Shown in pieces: positions 23,302-35,631 of a stretch of DNA of 51,309 nt. The position numbers and the translations under genes are program-made. Below the pieces are notes generated by a model that saw nothing but the letters and a program-made list of their open reading frames with translations, searched no databases and had not been told where the DNA came from. Positions within the stretch are counted from its first letter, which is position 1, and each line of letters opens with the position of its first letter. The stretch is taken from contig NC_068989.1 of assembly GCF_001194135.2 (NCBI RefSeq), forward strand, positions 26,909,407-26,960,715, written 5' to 3'. This DNA comes from Octopus bimaculoides (lineage: Eukaryota).

Positions 23302-23888
23302 TGATGTGGTGCTTTCCACAGTTATAATGTGACGCCACCGTTGTTACTGTAGCTGTTGTATCTACCCTAGCAGCCACGATATTTCCGTGGTATCGTATAC
23401 AGCCTTTCTCTTCTATACCCTCTTCAATACACCGTTTCGTCTATCGCTGACAGCTCTACAACACACAGAATTTGAGCCATCTAGCTTGACTATGACTCGA
23501 ACTCGACAATAACACGTGACTGACACTTAACTACAACTGAGAACTCGCACAGCGACTCTACAACGACTGAAACACGACTCCCTGTACTGATACAGCCCGT
23601 GGCGTGTGCAGACAATTCGCCGATTGGACAATGGGCTGATTGGGCAATAAGTCGATTGGACAATTGGCTGATGGACAATATGTCGACATGCGGAACGAGG
23701 AGAAAGAAAGCTTCTATACAAAGCGAACACCTATATTATTGATAGATCCAATCGGTGAATCATCCTGTCTGTAAGTTATCTGCCGGCCAATTGTCTGTTG
23801 CCGGCCATTTGTCTGTTGGCCATCTGTCTGTCAACGAATTGTCCGTCTAGCACTCTGTGGCAGGGGGTGTACCATTTCCGATACAACA
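23302..23888. repeat. LTR-like repeat with an empty target site; carries a MITE insertion at 23604-23856
   Basis: Termini TGATGT... and ...ACAACA (TG..CA, 5/6 inverted match). Contains the uninterrupted GACTGAAACACGACTCCCTGTACTG at 23565-23589. Confidence 0.65.
23604..23856. mobile_element. MITE with repetitive subterminal arms
   Basis: Left arm AGACAATTCG plus GGACAAT repeats, right arm complement CGAATTGTCC plus TGTCTGT repeats, flanked by the direct repeat GTGGC (23599-23603 and 23857-23861). Confidence 0.7.
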
Positions 23889-23903
23889 TTCTAATTATTG
23901 TTG

Positions 23904-24286
23904 TTATTGCCTCCACCTTCGCGAAGGCGGAGGTATTGTTTTTAGTCGTCTTTGCTTGTTTGTTTCTTTGTTTGACGATGGACAAATTATCTCACGAACC
24001 GCTGGATGGATTCGGATGAAACTTTCAGAGATGTTTGGTCTCATGACTGGCACGCGTTGGTTAGATTCTGGAATCGAGCCGGCACCGGACAAAGATACTG
24101 GATTATTTTTCCTGTATTTTTTTACTTCATTTTGAAGAGCAGTCGAGTTCATTTTAGTATTCTTGTTTGTTAGAGTAGTCGGGTTTATTTCAGATATTTT
24201 CATTTTAAAAATAATCTCTGGCTAATCGTTGAGAGGATGTTAGTGTTGCCTTGGCGGAGATTTGCGATCTCTGGGTGCTCTTGTTA
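23904..24286 (+). mobile_element. Helentron-associated non-autonomous element (DINE-1/HINE-like)
   Basis: 5' hairpin CCTCCACC-TTCGCGAA-GGCGGAGG, a (TTTG)n tract, GGATGAAACTTT, and a 3' subterminal repeat GCCTTGGCGGAG followed by CTCTGGGTGCTCTTGTT. Confidence 0.7.
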
Positions 24287-24559
24287 GTATTATTATTATT
24301 ATTGTTCTTGTTCTTGTTATTGTTATTATTATTATTATTGGCGCCATAACTGGAGGTGTGTTTACGGAGCACTATACATTTATGACTAATTCATTAGTTT
24401 TAAAAAGGATCTATATTGTATTTTGTTGGTTAAATCGTTTTGCAACCCAGCTACCCATCTGGTGGGGAATGACGCTTGTTAATCAAAGACCCATTTTGGG
24501 GGTGATACAAACCTTTATGTTTTCGAATTTCTCCGAAAATTTGCTTTGAAAGAAGTAAA

Positions 24560-26950
24560 CATTCAAGATGAAGACGAAAAGCGGGAGTGAGGAAGGAAGG
24601 TGTTACGGCAATTTGCACGAGGACTTCCACCTCGCCACCATGATTGGCAGTAGACAGCAGGAAGAAAAGAAAGAAAGGAAGAAAGAAAGAAAGCAAGAAA
24701 GAAAGAAAGAAAGAAAGAAAGAAATAAAGAAAGAAGAAGAAGAAGAAGAAGAAGAAGAAGAAGAAGAAGAAGAAGAGTCAAAATACGAAGAAATAAGAGG
24801 AAGAGCAGAAAGATGGCGAGAGGAAGGAGGAAGTAAAGTCTTTCACATTACGTAGATATTGTAGGAGCACGAGGAACAACATTGACAACAATTACGGAGA
24901 GTCTAACAAAATGGAGTAAACGGAGGGAAAGGGACTTTTGCAAATATCGTGGCAGCTAAGGAATTGTTTAATATCTCATTGGAGAACAAAATTAAAAAAA
25001 AAAACTAGACAAGATAGCAAAATATATGAAGATGAATGGAAGGAAGGCAAAATCGACGTCTCCAAGCGATGTGCTTGAAGCAACAGCGAAACGGACAGTT
25101 GACTAAAGGTGCGTGAACACAAAGACAAGGAAACTCGAAAACACTACACGCGAAGAGGAGCAAAAGGCCTTGAAAGACATATAGCAGGATATCCACCACA
25201 TTGCGAGAGCGAGGCAGCACGGCGGAGTAGAGGTCCTTTTTAAGAGTGAGGAGCAGGCGATACAGAGCTCGGTGACTACGCGTCGTAGCGAGGAAATCGC
25301 ACACTTCCCAACGTACATGGGAAGAATGGCGGTACGAATTACGGTACCTGAGTTCCACCAGGCCTGGATTTATGGTGGATCCTCGTCTGTATTTGTATGG
25401 ACAGGGGAGAGAAACTCCTGAATATTAAAAGATTGAGGAGGGAGAATAGGGTTGCGACTACCTTGGAGGTTCTTCTCCACGTGATGCCAGAGCAGTTAGA
25501 GAAAGTCCCAGGCCTGATTTTCCTCTCGAATGGAGTAGAGCTAAGAGGGAACGTGAAGGGCAGACAGTTGAGGTGCCACGATTGTCGTTCAACGGGCCAA
25601 TTACGTTTTTTCTACCCGCAGAACCAGAACAGAAGGGCAGAAAGAAATGTCTAAACGAAAGCACCATAACCCATCAGTCGACTATAACAACAACAACAAG
25701 AACAAAAAAGGCAGGGAAATAGAAATAGAAATTAAACCCAAGGAGACAAAAAGGGAAGGTATTACAGTGAAGGTGGAAGTGGGAGCAGCACTAGCAGCAG
25801 TGGCGGAAGCTATAGTAGCAGGAGTAACAACAACTACAATAGAACCAGAAGAAACAACACCAGAAGAAACCATAAAAGACATGGACTCCTCCATGTATCC
25901 AAGTGATGAAGAAGTGGAAAGCCCAAAAGGCAAAAATCAAGAAAGATACACAGGGAAAAGGCTGAAATCCAAGAATCTGCAAACACAGACACACTGATAA
26001 CACCAACATCACAAACACCTACAACAGAATCAAAACAAAACAAACTTTTATAAGAAAAATGTCACTGCAACAACAGCCATCTGCGCAGCAGCGGAATTTC
26101 GTGCTGGTGAGGAGGTCCAATAAAGGTCTGATGGCTATCATAGCACAAAACGAGAAAATTGAAACATAGGGTGTGACTTGCGCCCTAGCACTTTTAGAGT
26201 ACCAGAGAGCTTAATGATGGTATGAGTGACATTAGAGACTTATACGAGCATTAAACGGAGCTACCAGTATTTCATTGGATTTCCCAGTGAAACGGCCAGG
26301 AGATGACTTTTAAGGGGGTTCCCTGAGTAACCCAACAAAACAGACTGGGTGGGAGAACCACACGACTACAAACAGCACCAGAAGTGTTAGTAACAGTCCA
26401 TTTTCTGTTCGTTACTTCCTGGCCAGCATGGCGGTTCTTATAGTAGATTGTATAAATAAACGTGACTTTAGGTTGTCATGGAAGCAACGATGCTTGCGCA
26501 TCGACCTCAAGTGGCTAAGTCTGGATGCAATAGCCGTCAGTGAGATCACGATCGTGGACATACGGTCCTTGGCTCCCATTTTCGAATGGAGGTTTGGGTT
26601 ACAGTGTTGTTCAGAAAAGGTCTGGATCTCGAGATACGGGAGATTTTCCTGGACCTGGAAAGTAAGTCGGTGTTCCTGGACGTGAACGACAACGAAGGCA
26701 GTGCTTCTAGACTAGTTTCTGTGTACACACCAACTGGAGTGAGGCAACCGGAGTTCTTCAGGGACGTCTCACACTTTAGTCTTAGTGAGTGAATGGAACG
26801 CTATTTTAGATGTACGTGTGGATTGGGTGAGGCGAGTAGATGAGGAAGTGGAGTACGCAAGTCTTGCAAACCTGCTCAATCGTTCCCAGGTGGCGAACAG
26901 GTTTAGGCTGGATTTCTTGAACACTCCAGTGTGAACATGGGCAAACATTG
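24560..26950 (+). mobile_element. Tx1/L1-like LINE 5' half D: decayed ORF1 plus start of ORF2 APE endonuclease
   Basis: ORF1 motifs PTYMGRMAVRITV and GRQLRCHDCRSTGQ are homologous to elements A and B. ORF2 from about 26428 has LDAIAVSE, RLVSVYTPTGVRQPEFF and WNAILD. Truncated at about 26950 by an R4-like insertion. Confidence 0.8.
24660..24776. repeat. (GAAA)n(GAA)n purine microsatellite
   Basis: Read directly. Confidence 0.9.
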
Positions 26951-26954
26951 TTGG

Positions 26955-27250
26955 GTCGTCCAAATCTTTTCTGAAGAGGGATGAATTGCATCTTGTGTTT
27001 CCTAACTTGTTCAGTTTTGAGGCTTCTCTTCTACTCAGGTCTTGTCTTAAAGTCTTCACTATAAATTGTAGTCTCATTTTCCACATTTGCCATTTCTTAA
27101 TCTTTCCCTGTGAGATATATAATCTTCTGCTGACTACTGCCCCTCCTACATAGATCAATAAGTTAGTGTCTTCCATATTTTTAGTATCTATCTTCCTGAT
27201 AGCAGAATCTACTTTCGTTGTCATTTCCAAAATGTTTAGCGTCATTGCAT
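26955..27250 (-). pseudogene. R4/Dong-like LINE N-terminal fragment
   Basis: IDTKNMEDTNLLIYVGGAVVSRRL..WKMRLQFIVKTLRQDLSRRE matches the pre-RT region pattern of R4-clade ORFs as I recall it. Confidence 0.65.
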
Positions 27251-27405
27251 CTGTTTTTACGTCCTGATTTCAAATTCCGCCAAGGTCAAATTTGCCTTGC
27301 ATCAGTCCAGCGTAGATAAATTAAGTATCAGTGAAACACTGGATCGATGTAATCGCCTGGTCACCTCCCCTAGGTTTCAGGCCTTGTGCTTTTAGTAGGA
27401 AGTAT
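27235..27405 (+). mobile_element. SINE, second family (core TTCAAATTCCGCC..GATAAATTAAGTA..GTCGAT)
   Basis: Shares its core with copies at 33585-33800, 35385-35565 and 42285-42530. Confidence 0.75.
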
Positions 27406-27445
27406 TGTTATTGTTATTATTTTTGTCATTGTTGTTGTTGATTTT

Positions 27446-27545
<100 letters not shown>

Positions 27546-27856
27546 NNNNNNNNNNNNNNNNNNNNNNNNNNNNNNNNNNNNNNNNNNNNNNNNNNNNNNN
27601 NNNNNNNNNNNNNNNNNNNNNNNNNNNNNNNNNNNNNNNNNNNNNNNNNNNNNNNNNNNNNNNNNNNNNNNNNNNNNNNNNNNNNNNNNNNNNNNNNNNN
27701 NNNNNNNNNNNNNNNNNNNNNNNNNNNNNNNNNNNNNNNNNNNNNNNNNNNNNNNNNNNNNNNNNNNNNNNNNNNNNNNNNNNNNNNNNNNNNNNNNNNN
27801 NNNNNNNNNNNNNNNNNNNNNNNNNNNNNNNNNNNNNNNNNNNNNNNNNNNNNNNG

Positions 27857-27979
27857 AGTAGCCCATCCTGCTCAAAAGGTCCCTGAATAAGGTTTGTTTA
27901 AAGATGTTGAGCAAAACACCCATGTTTCCAAAGGTGAATTATTCAAACCCCAAAGAATTCCTCTCAACACGTGGCTATG

Positions 27980-27980
<1 letters not shown>
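27857..27980 (-). repeat. Fragment of the dispersed repeat also present at 32330-32900
   Basis: GAGTAGCCCATCC.GCTCAAAAGGTCCCTGAATAAGGTTTGTTTAAAGATGTTGAGCAAAACACCCATG is near-identical at 32547 onward. Confidence 0.9.
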
Positions 27981-28050
<70 letters not shown>

Positions 28051-28089
28051 AAAAAATCAGTTTATTTTGCTGTGTATTTTGGAAAATGT

Positions 28090-28880
28090 CAGCTGTCCAT
28101 AGCCAGCAGGCTACGCTAACACTTGTTTAATGGTCATGCTTCAAGAAGAATGCTGCGAAGAATTCTTACAGCTCCCGGCAATGCTGATTTTGTAGGTGTA
28201 CCTTCACACTTGCACCAATCTTTTTTCAGCCATGTTGGTATTTAAGTGCTGATACTTCCAAGTGCACCAAATACTATCACGTCTACCTACTTCATTGACC
28301 ACAAGCTTCATATTTCCCACTTTAAATCGTCATAGTTTTTTTTTTCTGTTTTCACATTGATCCTGTTCTCACCTGGGCATGCTATGTCGATTATCATACA
28401 TGTTCTATCTTTCTTATTCCACAAAACAATGTCCGGTTCCGGTGTCTGATCAGGTGATTTTGCAATTCTCATTTTAGGTGACTCATTCTGGGGTTTCTCA
28501 TACCACATCTTTGCTCTTTGTGGGTCGTGATTTCCACAGAATTCTCAAAGGATCATTCTTGTCATATTACAATGGCCTCTTTTGTATTCGCGTTGTGCCA
28601 ATTTCGAGCATTCAATAACGATGTGCCATACTGTTTCACCACTCTCACGGAATATTGTGCATTTGTTTATTAATAGTTCATCTTTTGTACCTCAACATCT
28701 CCTTGTACAGCCTTAGGTCGGATATAAATATTTCTTATCAAGTTTATAAAATTCTTCTGCAATTCCTCCTGACAGTAACTTTCAGATTAATGGGGGAAGG
28801 AAACTGGTCTGTAATTGTCAGCAGCATTTTTCTTTGGTTCCTTTTCTCGACCTTTTACCATTTTGATGGAAAGTGCTAAT
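28090..28880 (-). mobile_element. Internally deleted R4-like LINE 3' end (RT start fused to CCHC plus RLE)
   Basis: ADNYRPV and GTKDELLINK are joined to GETVWHIV, then PDIVLWNKKDRTCMIIDIACPGE..YDDLKWEI..GALG, a PD-(D/E)xK restriction-like endonuclease. Confidence 0.85.
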
Positions 28881-30279
28881 ATCTAACTATATATGTGTAT
28901 GTGTGTGTGTGTATATATATATATGTGTGTGTGTGTCTGTCTGTCTGTGTGTGTGAATGTTCTTCTGGTGATTCTTTTGTGAGATGTTTCTTTTGTTTTG
29001 GGGGAAAAGGAGAGAGAAAGAAAAGTAAAGATGTGGGAAATAGAAAGAGAGAGGGGGGTTAAGGACAATCAAGAAAGAGGAGAAAAATAGAGAATGGGAA
29101 AAGAATAGACAGATAGATAGATAGATATCTTTTTATTATAGACACACAGGGCTAAATACAGAAAATGGACAAATTACAAAGTAGAGCTTTTCTTGGGGNN
29201 NNNNNNNNNNNNNNNNNNNNNNNNNNNNNNNNNNNNNNNNNNNNNNNNNNNNNNNNNNNNNNNNNNNNNNNNNNNNNNNNNNNNNNNNNNNNNNNNNNNN
29301 NNNNNNNNNNNNNNNNNNNNNNNNNNNNNNNNNNNNNNNNNNNNNNNNNNNNNNNNNNNNNNNNNNNNNNNNNNNNNNNNNNNNNNNNNNNNNNNNNNNN
29401 NNNNNNNNNNNNNNNNNNNNNNNNNNNNNNNNNNNNNNNNNNNNNNNNNNNNNNNNNNNNNNNNNNNNNNNNNNNNNNNNNNNNNNNNNNNNNNNNNNNN
29501 NNNNNNNNNNNNNNNNNNNNNNNNNNNNNNNNNNNNNNNNNNNNNNNNNNNNNNNNNNNNNNNNNNNNNNNNNNNNNNNNNNNNNNNNNNNNNNNNNNNN
29601 NNNNNNNNNNNNNNNNNNNNNNNNNNNNNNNNNNNNNNNNNNNNNNNNNNNNNNNNNNNNNNNNNNNNNNNNNNNNNNNNNNNNNNNNNNNNNNNNNNNN
29701 NNNNNNNNNNNNNNNNNNNNNNNNNNNNNNNNNNNNNNNNNNNNNNNNNNNNNNNNNNNNNNNNNNNNNNNNNNNNNNNNNNNNNNNNNNNNNNNNNNNN
29801 NNNNNNNNNNNNNNNNNNNNNNNNNNNNNNNNNNNNNNNNNNNNNNNNNNNNNNNNNNNNNNNNNNNNNNNNNNNNNNNNNCTTTCATTTTTCTTTTTCC
29901 ATGGTATATATATCACCATATTTGTAAATAAATACAAGTTTTCTCAAAAGGGGCTTGGTGACCTTTCCAAAATGTCAAATTTAGGAAGTAGGAGGGGGGA
30001 AAATAAGAGAAGAGGGGATGCTGCGTTCATCACTGAAAAATAAAAATGAGTTCAAAGTTCAAAGCCCAAGGTCCTATGAAGATGTATATCCCTTTACACT
30101 TGTATGGTGAAGTTCCATATTCCATATAATTCCAAGGTTTGCATGAACAAACATATCGCTATATTGTATAAAGGTAAAATTTAGGGTTATCAAGAAGATT
30201 ATTAAGAAGAATATTATAACCAAAAGAATAAAATTTGTGAATATTCTTGAGTATATACCAAAATTTACCACAACAGAGA

Positions 30280-30595
30280 GAGCACGATGTCTTACCCACA
30301 ACGTAATTTATAAACGTACAATAATATATATATTGGTTGTTCGATTAATATGGATAAACGTCTGTGCAATCACATATCCTCTTTTAAATTTAAAAGCAGA
30401 ATTGAATTTAGACTTAAATGGAAAATAATAAATGCACAGCCTTATAGTAATAGTAGATATTATGAGCTGTGCTCTATAGAAACATATGAAATTGTTAAGC
30501 ATAAAGATAAGTGCAACCGGATTAATAATAGAATCGACCTTAGGGTATCATGCGTAAATAGGGTTACCTGTACTTTTAAATATTTTCGAAAGTAG
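30280..30595 (+). pseudogene. Penelope-like GIY-YIG remnant (Neptune-like)
   Basis: CLTHNVIYK, then KRLCNHISSFKFK..FRLKWKIINAQPYSNSRYYELCSIE..INNRIDLRVSC. Confidence 0.7.
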
Positions 30596-30874
30596 CATTT
30601 TATAGGTCTTGTGCTTGAACTGATTTTGATGGACACTTAATTCTAATATTTTTAGTTTGCAAATTAAAATACATTGCATATATTACAATATAATAAAAGC
30701 TATATAGTTTAGTTAGTTAGTGTGCTAAACAAAGTTAATATACTATCCATATGAATTTTCCTGCCTAGTTGGTCAGATTACATCATGGTTTTACTAATTA
30801 CTCTATTTATCCCTTTCCTAAAGTGTTCCACCCTCCTAATCTTAGTATTTAAAAGGGCCTTTATGTAAGTAGCA

Positions 30875-31141
30875 CTTCTAATTAAGTACCCCTGAGAAAT
30901 TATAACCCACGTCCCTATCCGCTCGCCTCACCCAGTTCACATGAACATCCAAAATAGCGTTCCTTTCGCCCACTAAAAGTAAAGTGTGAGACGTCCTTAG
31001 AAAGGCCTTCAGGCGTCTGAAGAGCTCCGGCTGCCTCACTCCACTCGGTGTGTGCGCTGCGACTAGTCTAGAAGCACTGCCTTCGTTATCCTTCACGTCC
31101 AGGAACACCGACTCACTTTCCAGGTCCAGGAAAATCTACCG
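30875..31141 (-). pseudogene. APE endonuclease fragment, close relative of 26640-26850
   Basis: FLDVKDNEGSASRLVAAHTPSGVRQPELFRRLKAFL..LVGERNAILD. Confidence 0.85.
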
Positions 31142-31847
31142 NNNNNNNNNNNNNNNNNNNNNNNNNNNNNNNNNNNNNNNNNNNNNNNNNNNNNNNNNNN
31201 NNNNNNNNNNNNNNNNNNNNNNNNNNNNNNNNNNNNNNNNNNNNNNNNNNNNNNNNNNNNNNNNNNNNNNNNNNNNNNNNNNNNNNNNNNNNNNNNNNNN
31301 NNNNNNNNNNNNNNNNNNNNNNNNNNNNNNNNNNNNNNNNNNNNNNNNNNNNNNNNNNNNNNNNNNNNNNNNNNNNNNNNNNNNNNNNNNNNNNNNNNNN
31401 NNNNNNNNNNNNNNNNNNNNNNNNNNNNNNNNNNNNNNNNNNNNNNNNNNNNNNNNNNNNNNNNNNNNNNNNNNNNNNNNNNNNNNNNNNNNNNNNNNNN
31501 NNNNNNNNNNNNNNNNNNNNNNNNNNNNNNNNNNNNNNNNNNNNNNNNNNNNNNNNNNNNNNNNNNNNNNNNNNNNNNNNNNNNNNNNNNNNNNNNNNNN
31601 NNNNNNNNNNNNNNNNNNNNNNNNNNNNNNNNNNNNNNNNNNNNNNNNNNNNNNNNNNNNNNNNNNNNNNNNNNNNNNNNNNNNNNNNNNNNNNNNNNNN
31701 NNNNNNNNNNNNNNNNNNNNNNNNNNNNNNNNNNNNNNNNNNNNNNNNNNNNNNNNNNNNNNNNNNNNNNNNNNNNNNNNNNNNNNNNNNNNNNATATAT
31801 ACACACACACACACACACATATATACACATATATATATATATATGTG

Positions 31848-31900
<53 letters not shown>

Positions 31901-32329
31901 GATTTCGGTGATGGTCTGATCACTTCGGCTCAAGCCAGAGATTTCTATAGGGTAGTCCATCATTTCTGGATGATTCTCATGAAGGCAGTTGATTTCAGTC
32001 CTCTCTTTAAAGGGTGAATCCATTGAAACACACAGTTGCATTTGATCGAAAGTCGAAATAAATGATCTGATAACCGACCCATTTTACATTCTCAGTCCAT
32101 CGAATGAGACCTCTCGCACTCCTTCTGTGCCTACTATCGTGCCACTTCATCAGAAACTGGTGTTCTTCAAGAGCATTATATTCGAAATGGGATGGCGAAG
32201 AGTTGAGTGTCACAATGGTAGAGGGTTACAAGACTGTTAAGATTAAAGATTTTACATGGATATAACCGTGCAAGATATAACGTGTAATCTCCGAGAAGAA
32301 GCGGCTTGTGCTAATATAAGAAACATGTT

Positions 32330-32899
32330 ATCATTATTATTATTGAGTGAGAGAGCAGTACATACCGTCAAAGTGACACTGGGGTAAAATATACGAAGCC
32401 CATTATACCCATCATGACCATCCGTCTGATAAGGGTACACCAGGCACATGCATCACAACCATATGTGCGTGACAGGGTGATCTCATATCAAGGTAAACAG
32501 CGCATGATCTCGCAAGTGAGGCCCAGTTAGAATTTTCTTCAGATCGAGTAGCCCATCCAGCTCAAAAGGTCCCTGAATAAGGTTTGTTTAAAGATGTTGA
32601 GCAAAACACCCATGTTTCTAAAGGTGAATTATTCAAACCCGAAAGAATTCTTCTCAACACATGGCTATGATGCTCCCCCACTACTTCTGCTGGTGATCAG
32701 AGATGCACATATCGTCAGCCACCAAGGGACATGCTCAACTGGCTAAGGTCGAACAACTGACAAGCAAATCTGTGGCATTGAGCAGAAAATTTGCTCTAGC
32801 CCATCTTGTTATACCAAGACAAAACAATGTACATGATAACACTTCCAATCAATTAAGATCAGATGCCACGAGAGCCACTGCTTGGTACTGCATCCGGGC

Positions 32900-32900
<1 letters not shown>
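32330..32900 (-). mobile_element. About 570 bp non-coding interspersed element ending in (AAT)n, SINE-like
   Basis: Partial second copy at 27857-27980. Ends in an AATAATAAT tail on the minus strand and is flanked by ATT microsatellites. Confidence 0.7.
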
Positions 32901-32971
<71 letters not shown>

Positions 32972-33035
32972 CATCATCATCATTATTATTACTATTAATA
33001 TTATTATCTTATCATCGTCATCATCATCATTATTA

Positions 33036-33093
<58 letters not shown>

Positions 33094-33130
33094 CATCATC
33101 ATCATTATATTATTATTATCATTATTATTA

Positions 33131-33205
<75 letters not shown>
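32900..33205. repeat. Long (ATT)/(ATC) microsatellite
   Basis: Read directly. Confidence 0.95.
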
Positions 33206-33584
33206 GTCAAGACGAAGACCGCAATTCAATTGTATAGATATTTTATTCGTTGAACAATATGTCAAGTTCAAAACAAGAAGTGATTAAAAATTCAAAATTT
33301 CAGAAATTTAGACGTAAACTATGAACGAGAGTAAACAGCGTCCATACGTTGATGGAATGACATCATCGGTTTTTAAGTTTTATAACAGGCAGAAAGAAAG
33401 AAAACATTTTTTTTTAATGTATGAGGAGAAATATGTTTGCGGGTTATTAACATCACGCCCTGGAGGAATGAATAACATGAGAGGAGAATATCATCAAATT
33501 TATACAAAACTGCTTGATTAAATATTCTTCTTTCTCTCTTTTTCTTTCCTTTTTTTCTGTCGTCTTCCTTTTTCTATTATTAAT

Positions 33585-33800
33585 GCGGGGAAACGGCAAA
33601 ATTCTTAGCACGCCAGTCAAAATGCTTAGCGGCATTACGTCCGTTTTTACGTTCTGAATTCAAATTCTTTCGTGGCCGGTTTTGCCCTACGTACTTTCGG
33701 GGGTGGTTGGAATATATACTAGTAGAACATTGGCGCCGCTGTAATCGAATTGCCTCCTCCAATCTTGCTGACCTAGTGCCAAGATTTGAAATGATTATTA
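33585..33800 (+). mobile_element. Diverged SINE (second family)
   Basis: TTAGCACGCC..AAATGCTTAGCGGCATT..TTTACGTTCTGAATTCAAATT. Confidence 0.7.
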
Positions 33801-35384
33801 TTATTTCTGTAGCCGTTAATATTTTGAGACTAGAAAGATGCACATCATATAACATTGGTTGCCAAGCTAAAACTTGTATTCCGTTATTATTGCGCTTGCA
33901 TAATCGAACAAATTTACACAAATAGATCCTTTCCATCTAGATGAAACTATCTATCACGGGGAGCAATATTTCATCACGGCAAGCAGTGACAGCATTTCAG
34001 ACTTCATTGTTTAGCTTCTGGTATGTGCATAGTCATAAGGGAAAATTAAGAAAAAGGAGTAAAGAAATAATAGAAGACAGAACACCAAATAGACACTCAA
34101 CTGGAATTTTTTGCTAAGTGCGATTTTATAAAACATGTGTTTAAAAGCTGCTCTATTAGTAAAAGAACACATATATTTTATAAAATGCACATGTTTTGTA
34201 ATAACGTATCAAGTTTTTGAAATTGCTTAGCGTAGTAAAACAATGTTGAGGAAATGCAGAAACTAGAAACGCTTATGACGAAATAACATTGAAACTCCAT
34301 TATTATATTTATCTTCTGAAAGGAAAGGACAGAAACTGCGTTGTTATTCAGTAATATAAGAGGGAATTTTATTCGATTAAATGCAGCAACGGTGGCATTG
34401 TAGGTAGACACCAAAGTAATACTACAAATGAAAATGTTATATTAATTTGTTTATGCATCTGAAAATGAAAATTTATCTGTGAAATGTGGTAAAATTTTAG
34501 TATTACAAATAAAGAAAATGCTCTACCAGAGTTATGTCTTTGATCTTCCTCTCACATGTAACAATAATTATCTATCATATATTGCAGTAAATTTAATAAC
34601 ATACACATTTTCTCTCTAATTTGTAGTCTTAATGCAATATTTACAAACGAATATTAACAATGAAAATGATCATGATAAGCAGAATATAATTTCCTAAAAT
34701 GACTCCAATGCAAATGCTAACATAGCATTGCATGAAATATTAAATGCTTTTTTTTTNNNNNNNNNNATGTATGTATGTATATATGAATGTATGTATGTAT
34801 GAATGTATGTATGTATGTAGTGTGTTTCTGTGTCTGCTTGCGTGTTGAGTATGTGTGTGTGTGTTTGCATAAAGAAGCAAAATCTACACAGTCCAATAAA
34901 CAAAAAAAAAGCCTGCCACAGAGCCTCAGCTATTCGAGATGTGCTGTACAATTTTGTGTCAAACGTTTTAGTAATGACAAGTGAGATCTAAAATATTTTT
35001 CGATTTCACCTCAGTTCCTTGCATTTAATGGTGGAGCATAAAACATTTAAAGCGCTCCTATCAATAAATAAAACAAATCGAACCCGTCACACAGTTGGAA
35101 CTCTAAATGCAGATGCAATAATACTGGATAATCTTATTGTGTTGTCATTGTAATGTACAGCAGTGCCATAACACTAATGATAACATCCTGTCAGAAGCAC
35201 AGGGGTGTTAATATCCATTCCTTTCCATGTCGTCGATAAAATAGATTTCGCGTTGAAGTTTGTGATTCAAATGGGAAAAAAAACAAAAACGAGATGGAGA
35301 GAAGACAAGTGGAAGTGGTTACAATATCAAACATATTTTAGTAATACTAATAAAAATATCTAAATTTCATCAAATACGGATTAA

Positions 35385-35565
35385 TATTCGTAGCGGTATT
35401 TCGTCTGTCTTTACGTTCTGAGTTTAAATTCCGTCGATATCGACTTTGCCTGCCATCCTTTCTTTTCGGGTCGATAAATTAAGTACCAGTTGCATACTGG
35501 GGTCGATCTAATCGACCAGCCCTCTGCCTCAAAATATCGGGCCTTGTGCCTTAGGTAGAAAATAA
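35385..35565 (+). mobile_element. SINE (second family)
   Basis: GCGGTATTTCGTCTGTCTTTACGTTCTGAG..GGGTCGATAAATTAAGTACCAGTTGCATACTGGGGTCGATCTAATCGAC. Confidence 0.85.
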
Positions 35566-35631
35566 TTTTCAGAATGTTACTGATTTAGTTTTCAGTTTAA
35601 CAACAACGAAAAAGAAATGATAAGAGAAGAT

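Noticed and set aside
18610-23589. Spaced recurring motif read as a CRISPR-like array
   Set aside because: The spacers are 1.2-1.8 kb retroposons, the context is eukaryotic and there are no cas genes. It is better explained as repeated target-site duplication.
30465-30495. TTATGAG..GAAACATATG hammerhead-like string
   Set aside because: It lies inside the GIY-YIG coding frame (YELCSIETY) and both core halves are defective.
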